IMG/VR virus record: IMGVR_UViG_3300021964_000024
Coordinates: 32,001-96,000 of that record
Length of the DNA: 64,000 nt
Reading direction: 5' to 3' (one strand)
Source of the DNA: a virus
A model generated the notes under the pieces. The model saw nothing but the letters and a program-made list of their open reading frames with translations. It made no database searches and was not told where the DNA came from. This document shows, one piece after another, positions 55,645 through 64,000 of the stretch (position 1 is the stretch's first letter; every line of letters starts with the position of its first letter). The translations under genes were made by a program, and so were the position numbers.

Positions 55645-55835
55645 TTCAACTCGTCCAGTATTTTCTGCAGTTCACCGAACACCATTGTATTCAAATACAG
55701 ATCATTTGGTTCTTTAGACTCAACCGCCTTTTTCCGAAACTCTTCGACCTTCGCTTTCAACAACTTGGTGTGTTGAGTGTGTCTATATGCCTGATCCCAT
55801 TCTTCGGGAGTCGCATCATTCAAACGTTTCGCCAC
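55641..55835 (-). CDS. hypothetical protein
   Basis: Coupled ORF with GGAGG SD. Confidence 0.5.
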   Translation of the reverse strand: MAKRLNDATPEEWDQAYRHTQHTKLLKAKVEEFRKKAVESKEPNDLYLNTMVFGELQKILDELK

Positions 55836-56263
55836 TACGCCACCTCCTCAAATGTAGTTAGTTGCATCTCAGAACGACCATCAGCATCCTGAACCCACGT
55901 GCGCTCTCCGAACGGAGTTGCAGACATATCGTACTTACGTGCGACAGACGTGCACATAAGTTTGTCACCTTCGAGGAAACAGCAGATGGGAGACTCCCAC
56001 TCCGCAACGTGGTCTGACTCCACGAAGTCGATATCATCGATTAGTTCAGAACCAAGGATGTACTCCTCAGAGTAATCATTTTTATATTCGATGCACTTTT
56101 CCACAGACGCATAGAACGACTTGTCCTGCGCTTCCTGCAGGGTTACATCAACGATGTAGGTGTCACCACCCTTGTACTTCCAGTACTGAGGGCATACACC
56201 CTTACCGTCCCAATCATGGGCACCATAGTTTTCCATAAACTGCGTGTGAATTACATATTTCAT
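55835..56263 (-). CDS. conserved hypothetical protein
   Basis: TQFMENYGAHDWDGKG.CPQYWK.KGG. Confidence 0.65.
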   Translation of the reverse strand: MKYVIHTQFMENYGAHDWDGKGVCPQYWKYKGGDTYIVDVTLQEAQDKSFYASVEKCIEYKNDYSEEYILGSELIDDIDFVESDHVAEWESPICCFLEGDKLMCTSVARKYDMSATPFGERTWVQDADGRSEMQLTTFEEVA

Positions 56264-56556
56264 TATACTACTCCTGAAATTAAAACTTTACCTTGATCGA
56301 TCTTGTCAAACAACTTATCGATCTCTTGTTGATGGTTAAGAAGTTCGTTGATCTTCTTCTCGTTAGATGTCCAAATCCGTTGCAGAACAGCAAGTTCCTT
56401 CTCAGAAATAGAATCGACCATATGGATTGGTTTACTCATGACAACTCCTCCAGTTGATTTTTGATTTCAGCAATGCGTTGCTCCAGACGAGCATTGCCTT
56501 CGGCATCTAACTCACCACGTACCTCACAGAGGCAGACCAACTCATTCATCAAATCA

Positions 56557-56739
56557 TCATACATAGTTTTGCTCCAAGAAAGCGTAAACAGGTTTTTTGA
56601 ACATGTTGTCAAACATACCAATCTCATCAAAACCCATCAGGACAAGAGCAGAGTCGAGATCACCTTTTTCCATCACAACCAGATCATGACCAACAGGAAC
56701 CCGACCCAAAAACTCATTAATGTTCTCAATAACTTTCAT
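56557..56739 (-). CDS. hypothetical early protein
   Basis: First gene after promoter; GAGG SD. Confidence 0.5.
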   Translation of the reverse strand: MKVIENINEFLGRVPVGHDLVVMEKGDLDSALVLMGFDEIGMFDNMFKKPVYAFLEQNYV

Positions 56740-56768
56740 AACAATACCTCTATCAACTCAACATACAT

Positions 56769-56840
56769 ATTGTCTCATAATTAAAACAAGGAGTCAACAC
56801 TTTTTTGCACTTTTTTTAGACTTTTTTCACACTTTTTTGC
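56769..56840 (-). promoter_or_regulatory. repeated early promoter (TTGACT 56792-56797, GACAAT 56769-56774, A-tracts)
   Basis: 17-bp spacer; related to other copies. Confidence 0.75.
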
Positions 56841-56852
56841 GCTTTCTTATAG

Positions 56853-57242
56853 CTAAAAAGCTACTCTCCAAGATATCCCCAATTCACTGTTCTGGTGGAC
56901 TACGTAGGATCTGATCACAATCGCACCCCACATTGCGTCATTATTATAGTTCGGAGAACCACTTCCAACCCAATAATATAGTATACCTGAAAATGCGACC
57001 TGTGTCAAGGCCAGTCTTTGAGATGAGGGATAATCCCCAAACAGGGGATTCGCCTCACGGTAGCACTGACACGGATGTTTCAGTGCGAGAGATGTTTGTT
57101 TGTAGTCTGTGTACGCCAGTATGTTGTATGTCGTAAACAGACCCTTTTCTTTGTTAGTCCAGTCACCGAAGTGTCTGAACTCTGCATGTACTGGACTACT
57201 GATCAGCCAGAGGATTATCCAAAAATGCTTGAATTTTGTCAT
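56853..57242 (-). CDS. exported/membrane protein
   Basis: Signal peptide MTKFKHFWIILWLISSPVHA; EANPL motif; C-terminal ISWRVAF. Confidence 0.55.
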   Translation of the reverse strand: MTKFKHFWIILWLISSPVHAEFRHFGDWTNKEKGLFTTYNILAYTDYKQTSLALKHPCQCYREANPLFGDYPSSQRLALTQVAFSGILYYWVGSGSPNYNNDAMWGAIVIRSYVVHQNSELGISWRVAF

Positions 57243-57657
57243 TGAGTCTCTTCTCAAGGGCTTCCATTTTTTTGTCTGTATCAGTAGACAAAGCGTCCCT
57301 CTTGTTGTCAAAACGTTCATCTGCCCTGTCGATCATATCCTCGACTTTGGTCTCTAGATCACGTCCTGCATCCTCAATTCTGTCAACGTTTCGTTCCATA
57401 CGATTAAAGTCATCACGTAGATCGTTCTTGATACTACGTGAGTAATCGATGGCTTCGTTAAGTTTTATTTCTATTTGTTTGTTACGGGATTCAATTTCGT
57501 TCACGTCAATGTTCTGGACAATCTCTTTCATGTCCATGTAGTCTTTGTAGAACTCGAAACCTGCCCATGACGCACCACCTAGTGATGACAATGCAGTCAA
57601 GATGATTGCGATTCTTCCCCCTGCGAATTTGACCCCAGCAAATTCAATCTCTGCCAT
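57196..57657 (-). CDS. membrane-anchored coiled-coil protein
   Basis: N-terminal hydrophobic helix plus long heptad region. Confidence 0.65.
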   Translation of the reverse strand: MAEIEFAGVKFAGGRIAIILTALSSLGGASWAGFEFYKDYMDMKEIVQNIDVNEIESRNKQIEIKLNEAIDYSRSIKNDLRDDFNRMERNVDRIEDAGRDLETKVEDMIDRADERFDNKRDALSTDTDKKMEALEKRLNDKIQAFLDNPLADQ

Positions 57658-57659
57658 TT

Positions 57660-58115
57660 TTACTCCTCTTCGAATTTAAGTGCACGAAGATTTGCGATTT
57701 CTTGTTTTAACTTCATGACTTCTAGTCTTTTCTTTTCTAGTTCTAATTTGTATAGTGCGTTACAGTTGAGTCTCTCTTTAGGTGCACCCAGTGGTATGGT
57801 TATCTTCGCATACACACCAACATCCCGCATGAAGTTGTCGTTGTAACTGGGCATCAATCCTTGATCCATACCCATACCCATTCTGTACTGATCCCATGGA
57901 TCATTCTGATTCAATATCCCCACCACACCAAACTCCACGTTTGTGGATGATCCAATTGCGGCAGAACATTCTACGTCTCCTGCTCTGACTCTATCAGACT
58001 GAAACTGTGGTGATGACTGAGGTATCGCTAGATTAAGAGACGAAGATTGACCATAAGCTGCACCAGTCCACATCCCTACTATAAAAAACGTCAGTAATAA
58101 TAAAATTTTTCTCAT
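57660..58115 (-). CDS. exported protein
   Basis: Signal peptide ..GAAYG; two Cys; beta-hairpin VGVYAKITIPLG; C-terminal coiled coil. Confidence 0.65.
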   Translation of the reverse strand: MRKILLLLTFFIVGMWTGAAYGQSSSLNLAIPQSSPQFQSDRVRAGDVECSAAIGSSTNVEFGVVGILNQNDPWDQYRMGMGMDQGLMPSYNDNFMRDVGVYAKITIPLGAPKERLNCNALYKLELEKKRLEVMKLKQEIANLRALKFEEE

Positions 58116-58489
58116 TTGAATTTAGAACATATTTTTGAGGTAATCAGTGCTTTCGTTCCGGTATCCCTCAATAGTTTTGATTTCGTACAGACATAGACCG
58201 CTCTATCTCTATCCACTCCTCTAACAAATACGGTGATCTTTTTACGTCTTTGAAATTCGACGTTAACGATCTTCTCAGCCGTAGCAAATGAGACAGGATT
58301 CATTTCTTCATCGAACACCCCGATCTCATAGTACTCAACATCCTGTCGAGCGTTATACAAAGTCATCTCAGTTTGTAAAATACCTTCCACATAAGATTGA
58401 ACCAATGTTGGATAGGTTGGTAACCACTCGTGGGCACTTGCGTACCCACTCGTGAGGAACATAAACAATGTCATGACAAACCGTTTCAT
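58112..58489 (-). CDS. exported Ig-like protein (possible pilus chaperone-like)
   Basis: Signal peptide ..GYASA; beta-rich; C-terminal Cys pair. Confidence 0.5.
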   Translation of the reverse strand: MKRFVMTLFMFLTSGYASAHEWLPTYPTLVQSYVEGILQTEMTLYNARQDVEYYEIGVFDEEMNPVSFATAEKIVNVEFQRRKKITVFVRGVDRDRAVYVCTKSKLLRDTGTKALITSKICSKFK

Positions 58490-58492
58490 GAG

Positions 58493-58993
58493 TTAGATCG
58501 CTATACACTCTGCTTGAACAGTTGCACGGTATTGACCGGCAGGGAATGCCTTGTCATAACCATACTCTGCAGTCGAGGCAACTTTGAACCACGTTGAACC
58601 TGCGATTGTTAGATCGATCTCAGTCACGTTATTATATAGTCTTTTCTCATTGTCATATGCAGACATGTTGACATCTGATACTTCAGCGACAGTTACTTCA
58701 CCAACCCAGTTAACAACGTCTGAAAGTGCAGGACTCTCAGTGAATGTAGTAGGGTGTGAGATTAACGCCTTGTAGTAGTCTGCTTGAATGACATCGTAAC
58801 GAACGATAGGTGGTACACCACCATTTGACATGTCAGTAGTCAACTTACTTGGAGTAGGGTTACCATAGACACCTTGAGTGTCAGTAGTGATGACACACTT
58901 GGATTCTACAGAACCTACGATTGGAATCTCTGCTGCAACTGCCGCAGACATCATAGTACCCATTAAAAGAATGGGAAGGGTTTTTCTGAACAT
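58493..58993 (-). CDS. exported fimbrial-subunit-like protein (Csu/SCPU-like)
   Basis: Signal peptide ..AAVAA; IVGSVESKCVI N-terminal strand with Cys; C-terminal PAGQYRATVQAEC. Confidence 0.5.
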   Translation of the reverse strand: MFRKTLPILLMGTMMSAAVAAEIPIVGSVESKCVITTDTQGVYGNPTPSKLTTDMSNGGVPPIVRYDVIQADYYKALISHPTTFTESPALSDVVNWVGEVTVAEVSDVNMSAYDNEKRLYNNVTEIDLTIAGSTWFKVASTAEYGYDKAFPAGQYRATVQAECIAI

Positions 58994-59016
58994 TGAATTG
59001 CTCCTAATTTTTATAG

Positions 59017-59883
59017 TTAATTTTCATACTGTAGATTTACCAACTCTTGATGTAACAGTTGTTGTGAAACACTCTGTCTCCTTGCCTTTCGATTCTCAGG
59101 GAGATTAGAATCCTTCAGAACAACAGTGTCCTCGATCTTTTGAGGATCTGGTAAAGCGTCGAAGTAGTTGACTGGAATAAAGTTGAGTGCCAGCATCTCT
59201 GTATGTTTCTTTAGTGACTCTACTGCCAATAAAGAACTGTTCACTGCACCCAGTATAGACTCTAGTCTTCTATCCTCTGGTTCTTCCTCAGACATCTTCT
59301 GTCTTCTTTTACGGTCTTCTTCTTCTTCTTCATCAAGAACTGCTCTACGTTCAAGCTGTTCTTTTACGTAATCCTCATCTAAAGGATCACTGGTAGCAAC
59401 GTCAATAGGATCTACTGGTGGAATATAATCCGGACATGCCGGATCAGTCGTAACTTGATAACAACTATCATATCGATAATTGTAAACCACCAAAGGATCT
59501 TCTACGGATCCTTCTCCATCAACTTGGATCGATCCGTCACCCCAATACTCTATAGGAATTCCACCTACAGAAACTTGTTTATTGATCGTGTTGCCAGGCA
59601 ACCCAGACCAATCATCTGCTTCCCTAAAGATATAACCACCGTCAATTGCGTTCTCGTTCTGAACGTAGACAATCATGTCACTGTTCGGATCTTTGACTGC
59701 AGTATATCTGTATACAACTCCATTCACGGTAAGTCCTGCCTGTTGGGGCAGAATGTTAGTCATAACCCAATTTAAACCAAACGCTGCCGCATTCGGTGAA
59801 GTCCCATAGACTTCCTCAGAGTAAGAGTAAGACGAGCAGACTAGCAACGCCAGCACCGCCCAACAATGTCTTAGTAGAATCAT
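59017..59883 (-). CDS. exported protein
   Basis: Signal peptide ..SSYSYS; beta-rich domain, C....DPACP, acidic linker. Confidence 0.6.
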   Translation of the reverse strand: MILLRHCWAVLALLVCSSYSYSEEVYGTSPNAAAFGLNWVMTNILPQQAGLTVNGVVYRYTAVKDPNSDMIVYVQNENAIDGGYIFREADDWSGLPGNTINKQVSVGGIPIEYWGDGSIQVDGEGSVEDPLVVYNYRYDSCYQVTTDPACPDYIPPVDPIDVATSDPLDEDYVKEQLERRAVLDEEEEEDRKRRQKMSEEEPEDRRLESILGAVNSSLLAVESLKKHTEMLALNFIPVNYFDALPDPQKIEDTVVLKDSNLPENRKARRQSVSQQLLHQELVNLQYEN

Positions 59884-60379
59884 CCATTCCTTCCTTCTCT
59901 TTTTGTGCATCCGGAGCAAGTTCAGAGTTAACTTCCCAAGCTGCCTTTGCTTCCTGTCCGATTAGACCGTCAAACGGACAGGGGGTTCCTGCGTTCATCA
60001 TAGCGTCAAAAACTCGTTTGTCTTGACACATAACTGATACTGCTGCAACTTTCATGCCCATATCGAACAAAGTCTTAGCATTCTTCAATCTTTCACAATT
60101 TTCATCCACTACTTGAGTACCCGTAGAGATACCAAGTATTTGGGTTTGAATCGCACCCGCAACTCCGAAAGTACAGAGATCAGAATTGGAAGTGTTGATT
60201 GTAGGTGAAATGGCAGAAGCAGGGGGCGACTTCAGAGTCGTCTCTGTGCTACCATTAGTGGTTACTGTTGATTCAGTAACAATAGGTACTACACTATTTT
60301 CTCCTTCGGCAGGAGCGTCCTGTGCATATGAGTGAGATGCCAATAATATAAGCATCCAAAAGGAAATGATGTAACGCAT
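59816..60379 (-). CDS. exported Cys-rich protein with C-terminal membrane anchor
   Basis: Signal peptide ..SHSYA; PPASAISP..DLC..DENCERLK..MCQD..AGTPCP; terminal LLVLLLL. Confidence 0.65.
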   Translation of the reverse strand: MRYIISFWMLILLASHSYAQDAPAEGENSVVPIVTESTVTTNGSTETTLKSPPASAISPTINTSNSDLCTFGVAGAIQTQILGISTGTQVVDENCERLKNAKTLFDMGMKVAAVSVMCQDKRVFDAMMNAGTPCPFDGLIGQEAKAAWEVNSELAPDAQKEKEGMDDSTKTLLGGAGVASLLVLLLL

Positions 60380-60412
60380 AAAATAAGTCCCATGTATGTT
60401 AATATACAAGGG

Positions 60413-60420
60413 TATTTATA
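60413..60420 (-). promoter_or_regulatory. T4 late promoter heading the exported-protein operon
   Basis: Exact TATAAATA. Confidence 0.8.
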
Positions 60421-60465
60421 CTTTGGTTTTCTCTAAAAGACGAAAAGTGTCAATTAAATGACACC

Positions 60466-61149
60466 CTAGATAAGATTTCTCTGTACCAATTCACGGTAAT
60501 TTTTAATCTTCTCTCTCTTTGGGCCTTGGGGTGTGACCTTGGTGCGAATGTGAATGAAGTTTGCACGTTCTACATCGGGTTCAAACGAAGAGTAGTTCCA
60601 CATCTGACCATTTAGGTATATGTCTTTGTCGGTGTGTTTCATACCTAACTTGTTCGCTAAGCAGTGCATCACACCTTCATCATGGTAGCGTCGAGCAAAT
60701 GCCATAACAATATCTTCGGTCAATGCCTCACGAAACTTCTGTCGGATCTCACGTGATAATCGAAACACTGACCCACCCCAGTAAGGTGCGTCCAAGGATC
60801 CAAGGTCTGGATAAATCTCGACAAGTCTCTGTCGCAACGATGTCTGGACTCCGGTATGTCTACCAATACCCACATCGTCTGTGAAGATGTTTTGATTACA
60901 AGACTTTGCGACAAACATGTCTGCGTCAACCATGACAACAGTGTCATATTTGTCATACTTCTCATCAAGGTAGATAAGTTTCTGGCACGGGTAGTCTAGT
61001 TTGTGAGCAATTTTTTTCATGAATACAACACCACGAATAAACTCGTAGTCTGCACCAATCCTTTCTGCATATCCTTTGATTGACTCAGTAGACTTCTCTA
61101 CCAGTTCATTCATCGGCCCTGCCCAATGTTGTAAAATTATGTTCTTCAT
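60466..61149 (-). CDS. glycosyltransferase (GT-A)
   Basis: YAERIGADY, VMVDADMF, HDEG, FIHIR. Confidence 0.7.
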   Translation of the reverse strand: MKNIILQHWAGPMNELVEKSTESIKGYAERIGADYEFIRGVVFMKKIAHKLDYPCQKLIYLDEKYDKYDTVVMVDADMFVAKSCNQNIFTDDVGIGRHTGVQTSLRQRLVEIYPDLGSLDAPYWGGSVFRLSREIRQKFREALTEDIVMAFARRYHDEGVMHCLANKLGMKHTDKDIYLNGQMWNYSSFEPDVERANFIHIRTKVTPQGPKREKIKNYRELVQRNLI

Positions 61150-61910
61150 ACTTTCTGGAATGCTTCGTATAGTGTGTCTGCAAATACTAGCTGTGACTTT
61201 TCACCCGCATGAGAAGAAGGTTTCATATCATCGTTCTCCTCAGCGATAGTGGCGAGATCTGTATAACGATTTAATCCAACTCTGGATTCGTCTCTCAGAT
61301 AATTTAATTCGTCTTGGATGTGCTCCATCCACTCACCCCACCATTTGTCGGGGGCATCACCACTGTAGTTCTCTGGTTTCATAACGTCCACAAGTTCTTC
61401 CCAACATCTATAGTGGAACATACCTTGTACCAGTTTGATACCCATCATATCACACAACCATTGCATATTGGTCATATATGTCATGGTCTCCATTATGTTG
61501 GTTCGTTTGACATCATAATGATCGTACAGATATTCTAGTGCTTGAGCGAACTGCATGTTACGAATCATGTTGATTCTAGCAGGAGAGAACTGAGTCATAC
61601 ACTGATTCCGTTTGATCTTCATCAATGCTTCTTCACTGGGGCCATAACTCTCTGCAACCTCTTCTCTTTCCCATGCAGACCAAATCACTACACAGTGTGT
61701 GATCTCATCGGAATAGTTACGTAAGTACTGCATGGTATCTCGAAAAATTTTACGATTACCATTACCGCACTGAGCAATGTTTACATACTCAAGACCCAGT
61801 TTCTTTGCAAGGTGATGAGTGAATGTTTTGTCCCAGTGAGTAGGTGGACTTTGATCAAACCCCTCTAACTCATCTCCCCAGACAAATGAACAACCACTAG
61901 TTAAGAGCAT
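61146..61910 (-). CDS. SGNH/GDSL-like hydrolase/acyltransferase
   Basis: GCSFVWG, NIAQCGNGN, W...REE, C-terminal His (SHAG). Confidence 0.65.
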   Translation of the reverse strand: MLLTSGCSFVWGDELEGFDQSPPTHWDKTFTHHLAKKLGLEYVNIAQCGNGNRKIFRDTMQYLRNYSDEITHCVVIWSAWEREEVAESYGPSEEALMKIKRNQCMTQFSPARINMIRNMQFAQALEYLYDHYDVKRTNIMETMTYMTNMQWLCDMMGIKLVQGMFHYRCWEELVDVMKPENYSGDAPDKWWGEWMEHIQDELNYLRDESRVGLNRYTDLATIAEENDDMKPSSHAGEKSQLVFADTLYEAFQKV

Positions 61911-62326
61911 TACTTTCCATGCAACCTGTCATGTTCGAACAATGCAAGAAATCCGTAGTGGATAATTTTTACAATGTCTTTACGTTGATCTTCGGGTGTA
62001 CCCTTCTTACCATAACGTGCATTGTATTTGTCCACGTTACCTAGAAAGAAACCCATACCATGACCACGGTCAATGATTACTTCAGAAGACTGAAGTCCAC
62101 CTTGACCATAATGACCACCGTAAGTAGAATCGATATAATCCTTGAACTCAGCAATCAGTTCATCTTCTCTGAATTTGTATTCAGGGGTGTCTGTGAGGGT
62201 TAGGGTAACAGTATCCAAGGGGATCGTGTCTACGGTGATAGTGCCAGTATTACTGACGCTGCCCGTGTATTGACCACCATCTACTGTATCAAATGGTGGC
62301 AAGTGTGCTTTAATTTCTTTACTCAT
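61910..62326 (-). CDS. DUF3310-like protein
   Basis: YIDSTYGGHY, GFFLGNVDKY.ARYGKK, DIVKIIHY. Confidence 0.65.
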   Translation of the reverse strand: MSKEIKAHLPPFDTVDGGQYTGSVSNTGTITVDTIPLDTVTLTLTDTPEYKFREDELIAEFKDYIDSTYGGHYGQGGLQSSEVIIDRGHGMGFFLGNVDKYNARYGKKGTPEDQRKDIVKIIHYGFLALFEHDRLHGK

Positions 62327-62993
62327 TTTCAATTTCCTCAATCAATAAATCACGTAGTAGTCTTGCTTGTTGGTCTTCCGGAGAGTTCTCTCCATAACCA
62401 CAAAACTTGTACGCAAGTGTTATTCTCTCATCTCCTGCATATGCAGAATGCCAACAATGATTGTGGGGTTCATCCTCTGGCCCGAAATAGTAGTGTCTAC
62501 ACTGCCATCCCTCTACATCTTGGATAGTCACAATCTCACCTGTATTTTTATCTAGGTAACGGAAATACCCGTCTCCCTTAGACCAAGTAAACAGTACTTG
62601 ATATGCACTTGCATCATAGTTAGTATGCCATCCTACAAATCCGCCAGGCGGATAGTAGGACAATAGTGCAGACGTGTGTGCACCGATCTCTGCGGCAAAG
62701 TCATACTTCACCTTCTTCATATAGTCACCCCACTTCTCAGGTTCCGCACGTACCATCTTTGCAATGGGATTTGCGTAATGCCGATCAGGTACTCCGACTA
62801 ATTGATCACGGGACATACACTCTTTAAGATACTCATCGGAACACCAGTATTCACCACGTCCGTTCTTCGTATCTTCTTCATGACTGTACATGCTGTACTT
62901 AGAGTCATTATAACCCTCGACAGCAAACAGTTCATCCTTAAACCCGTTAAGAGTCTCTAGGAGATCCTTATTACGGATTACGACTTCTGTCAT
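62319..62993 (-). CDS. 2OG-Fe(II) oxygenase-like protein
   Basis: YYPPGGFVGWHTN...CWH.A....RITL. Confidence 0.65.
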   Translation of the reverse strand: MTEVVIRNKDLLETLNGFKDELFAVEGYNDSKYSMYSHEEDTKNGRGEYWCSDEYLKECMSRDQLVGVPDRHYANPIAKMVRAEPEKWGDYMKKVKYDFAAEIGAHTSALLSYYPPGGFVGWHTNYDASAYQVLFTWSKGDGYFRYLDKNTGEIVTIQDVEGWQCRHYYFGPEDEPHNHCWHSAYAGDERITLAYKFCGYGENSPEDQQARLLRDLLIEEIENE

Positions 62994-63259
62994 AGAATCA
63001 GACCGGAAGTCGCCTCACGCCACGCTTTCTCAAACGTTTCGTTAGTAGGTGCAATGAAAAGATAGTTACAGAAAGTAACCTCTTCAATGTTCTCTACTGC
63101 TGACATGCAAACACCACGTCCAAATCCAACCTTGTTGTCTGGACTGTTCACAATCAATTTAGGGTCTGTCACATACAACTCGCCCTTGTTTAGGTTTTCA
63201 AATCTACCAACGTATTCACCAATAGGTGTCATGATAGTAATAACGTCACCCTTCTCCAT
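62990..63259 (-). CDS. hypothetical protein (Sm-like pattern)
   Basis: GEYVGR...P....ATSGLIL; GAGG SD. Confidence 0.5.
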   Translation of the reverse strand: MEKGDVITIMTPIGEYVGRFENLNKGELYVTDPKLIVNSPDNKVGFGRGVCMSAVENIEEVTFCNYLFIAPTNETFEKAWREATSGLIL

Positions 63260-63434
63260 TTTCTTTCTCCTCAACAAATTTTTTAAGTACCCACGTTCCC
63301 ATAGGTTGTGGTTCCCATGATAACACATCACCTACTGATAAGTCAAGTGCATCCATTAAATTATCTGGAAATTCCAGACAAAGTTCTCCGTCCACTTCTA
63401 TAACTGGACAAATAAATCGATTAACTGATTTCAT
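63246..63434 (-). CDS. AbrB/MazE-like DNA-binding protein
   Basis: DGELCLEFPDNLMDALDLSVGDVLSW. Confidence 0.6.
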   Translation of the reverse strand: MKSVNRFICPVIEVDGELCLEFPDNLMDALDLSVGDVLSWEPQPMGTWVLKKFVEEKENGEG

Positions 63435-63999
63435 TTACTGCCTCCGCAACATCTGGGAAGTGCATCACGATATGTTCCCAACATTGATCTGCGACGATAC
63501 GGTGTTCTTTCTGTGTACCATTACCTCGACGCAATTGACAATAGTGAATCCATGAACGCAACGATCCTGCCATATACAGTGTGGTTTGAGTATTACCTTC
63601 GGGTAACACTGCACGTGCCTGTTCCTTTGCAATACCTTGATTTAGTGCCCAGTTATATGCCTTTTTAGACGCATTGATAACTTCGGACTGTTTCATGTTC
63701 CAGTCTTCATAGAGTCTCTCGTGTTGGGTCTTGTTACCACCCTTACCAAAGTCTTCGACATCTTCTAACTCAATAGAGTTCTGTCGATTCTTAGGATCCT
63801 GCAGACGTGCTTCACGAAGCAGAAAATCTTCTGACTCTGCGTATCGTTGACTAAACTCTTGAAATGAGAACGAGCGATGTCGGACAATCTGACGTGAGAT
63901 ATCACGGGTTGTCTTAATCTCTAGTGTCATATGCACCATCTCAAACGGAGACCAGTGATCATTCTTGATCAGATACCGTAAGAGTTTTGGTGCAGTCGA
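63421..63999 (-). CDS. thyX: FAD-dependent thymidylate synthase (5' end outside window)
   Basis: HWSPFE, RHRSFSFQEFSQRY, EQARAVLP, RSWIHY..LR...TQKEH. Confidence 0.95.
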   Translation of the reverse strand, partial: STAPKLLRYLIKNDHWSPFEMVHMTLEIKTTRDISRQIVRHRSFSFQEFSQRYAESEDFLLREARLQDPKNRQNSIELEDVEDFGKGGNKTQHERLYEDWNMKQSEVINASKKAYNWALNQGIAKEQARAVLPEGNTQTTLYMAGSLRSWIHYCQLRRGNGTQKEHRIVADQCWEHIVMHFPDVAEAVNEIS

Positions 64000-64000
64000 A

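Noticed and set aside
9534-56840. Repeats considered as a CRISPR array or IS ends
   Set aside because: Dispersed kilobases apart, each matches a sigma70 promoter, and there is no regular spacing, cas operon or transposase.
63246-63434. AbrB/MazE-like gene as part of a toxin-antitoxin pair
   Set aside because: No recognisable toxin next to it.
1-64000. Alternative genetic code / stop-codon reassignment
   Set aside because: Known genes (gp32, nrdA, nrdB, phoH) are full length under code 11, and TAA, TAG and TGA all terminate genes.

Overview
A 64-kb segment of a large T4-like (Tevenvirinae-related, probably marine) dsDNA myophage. The host is Gram-negative, judged from two-component spanins, a T4-type lysozyme and sigma70 early promoters with strong SD sequences. 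Left end: late virion module (gp2, gp54-like, gp26/gp51, tape measure), then gp32 and gp33. The rest is mostly minus-strand accessory DNA. It holds about 8 glycosyltransferases plus tailoring enzymes, host-metabolism genes (rpsU, phoH, panD, nrdAB with a glutaredoxin fused into NrdA, partial thyX) and cassettes of small early genes headed by a repeated sigma70 promoter element. Three things stand out. (1) A late-transcribed block of about 10 proteins starts with T4 internal-protein-like capsid targeting sequences. It includes a ligase-like KxDG enzyme, a nucleotidyltransferase, a nuclease and multi-module 'polyproteins'; a similarly tagged P-loop kinase lies at 11.2-12.1 kb. (2) A late 7-gene operon of exported proteins includes a Csu/fimbrial-subunit-like protein. 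(3) A T-TTT-TTA slippery site would fuse gp26 to a gp51 frame that has no clear start codon, just upstream of the tape measure gene, like lambda G/GT. No tRNA, rRNA or CRISPR array was seen. All family assignments come from motif recognition by eye, not from database searches.
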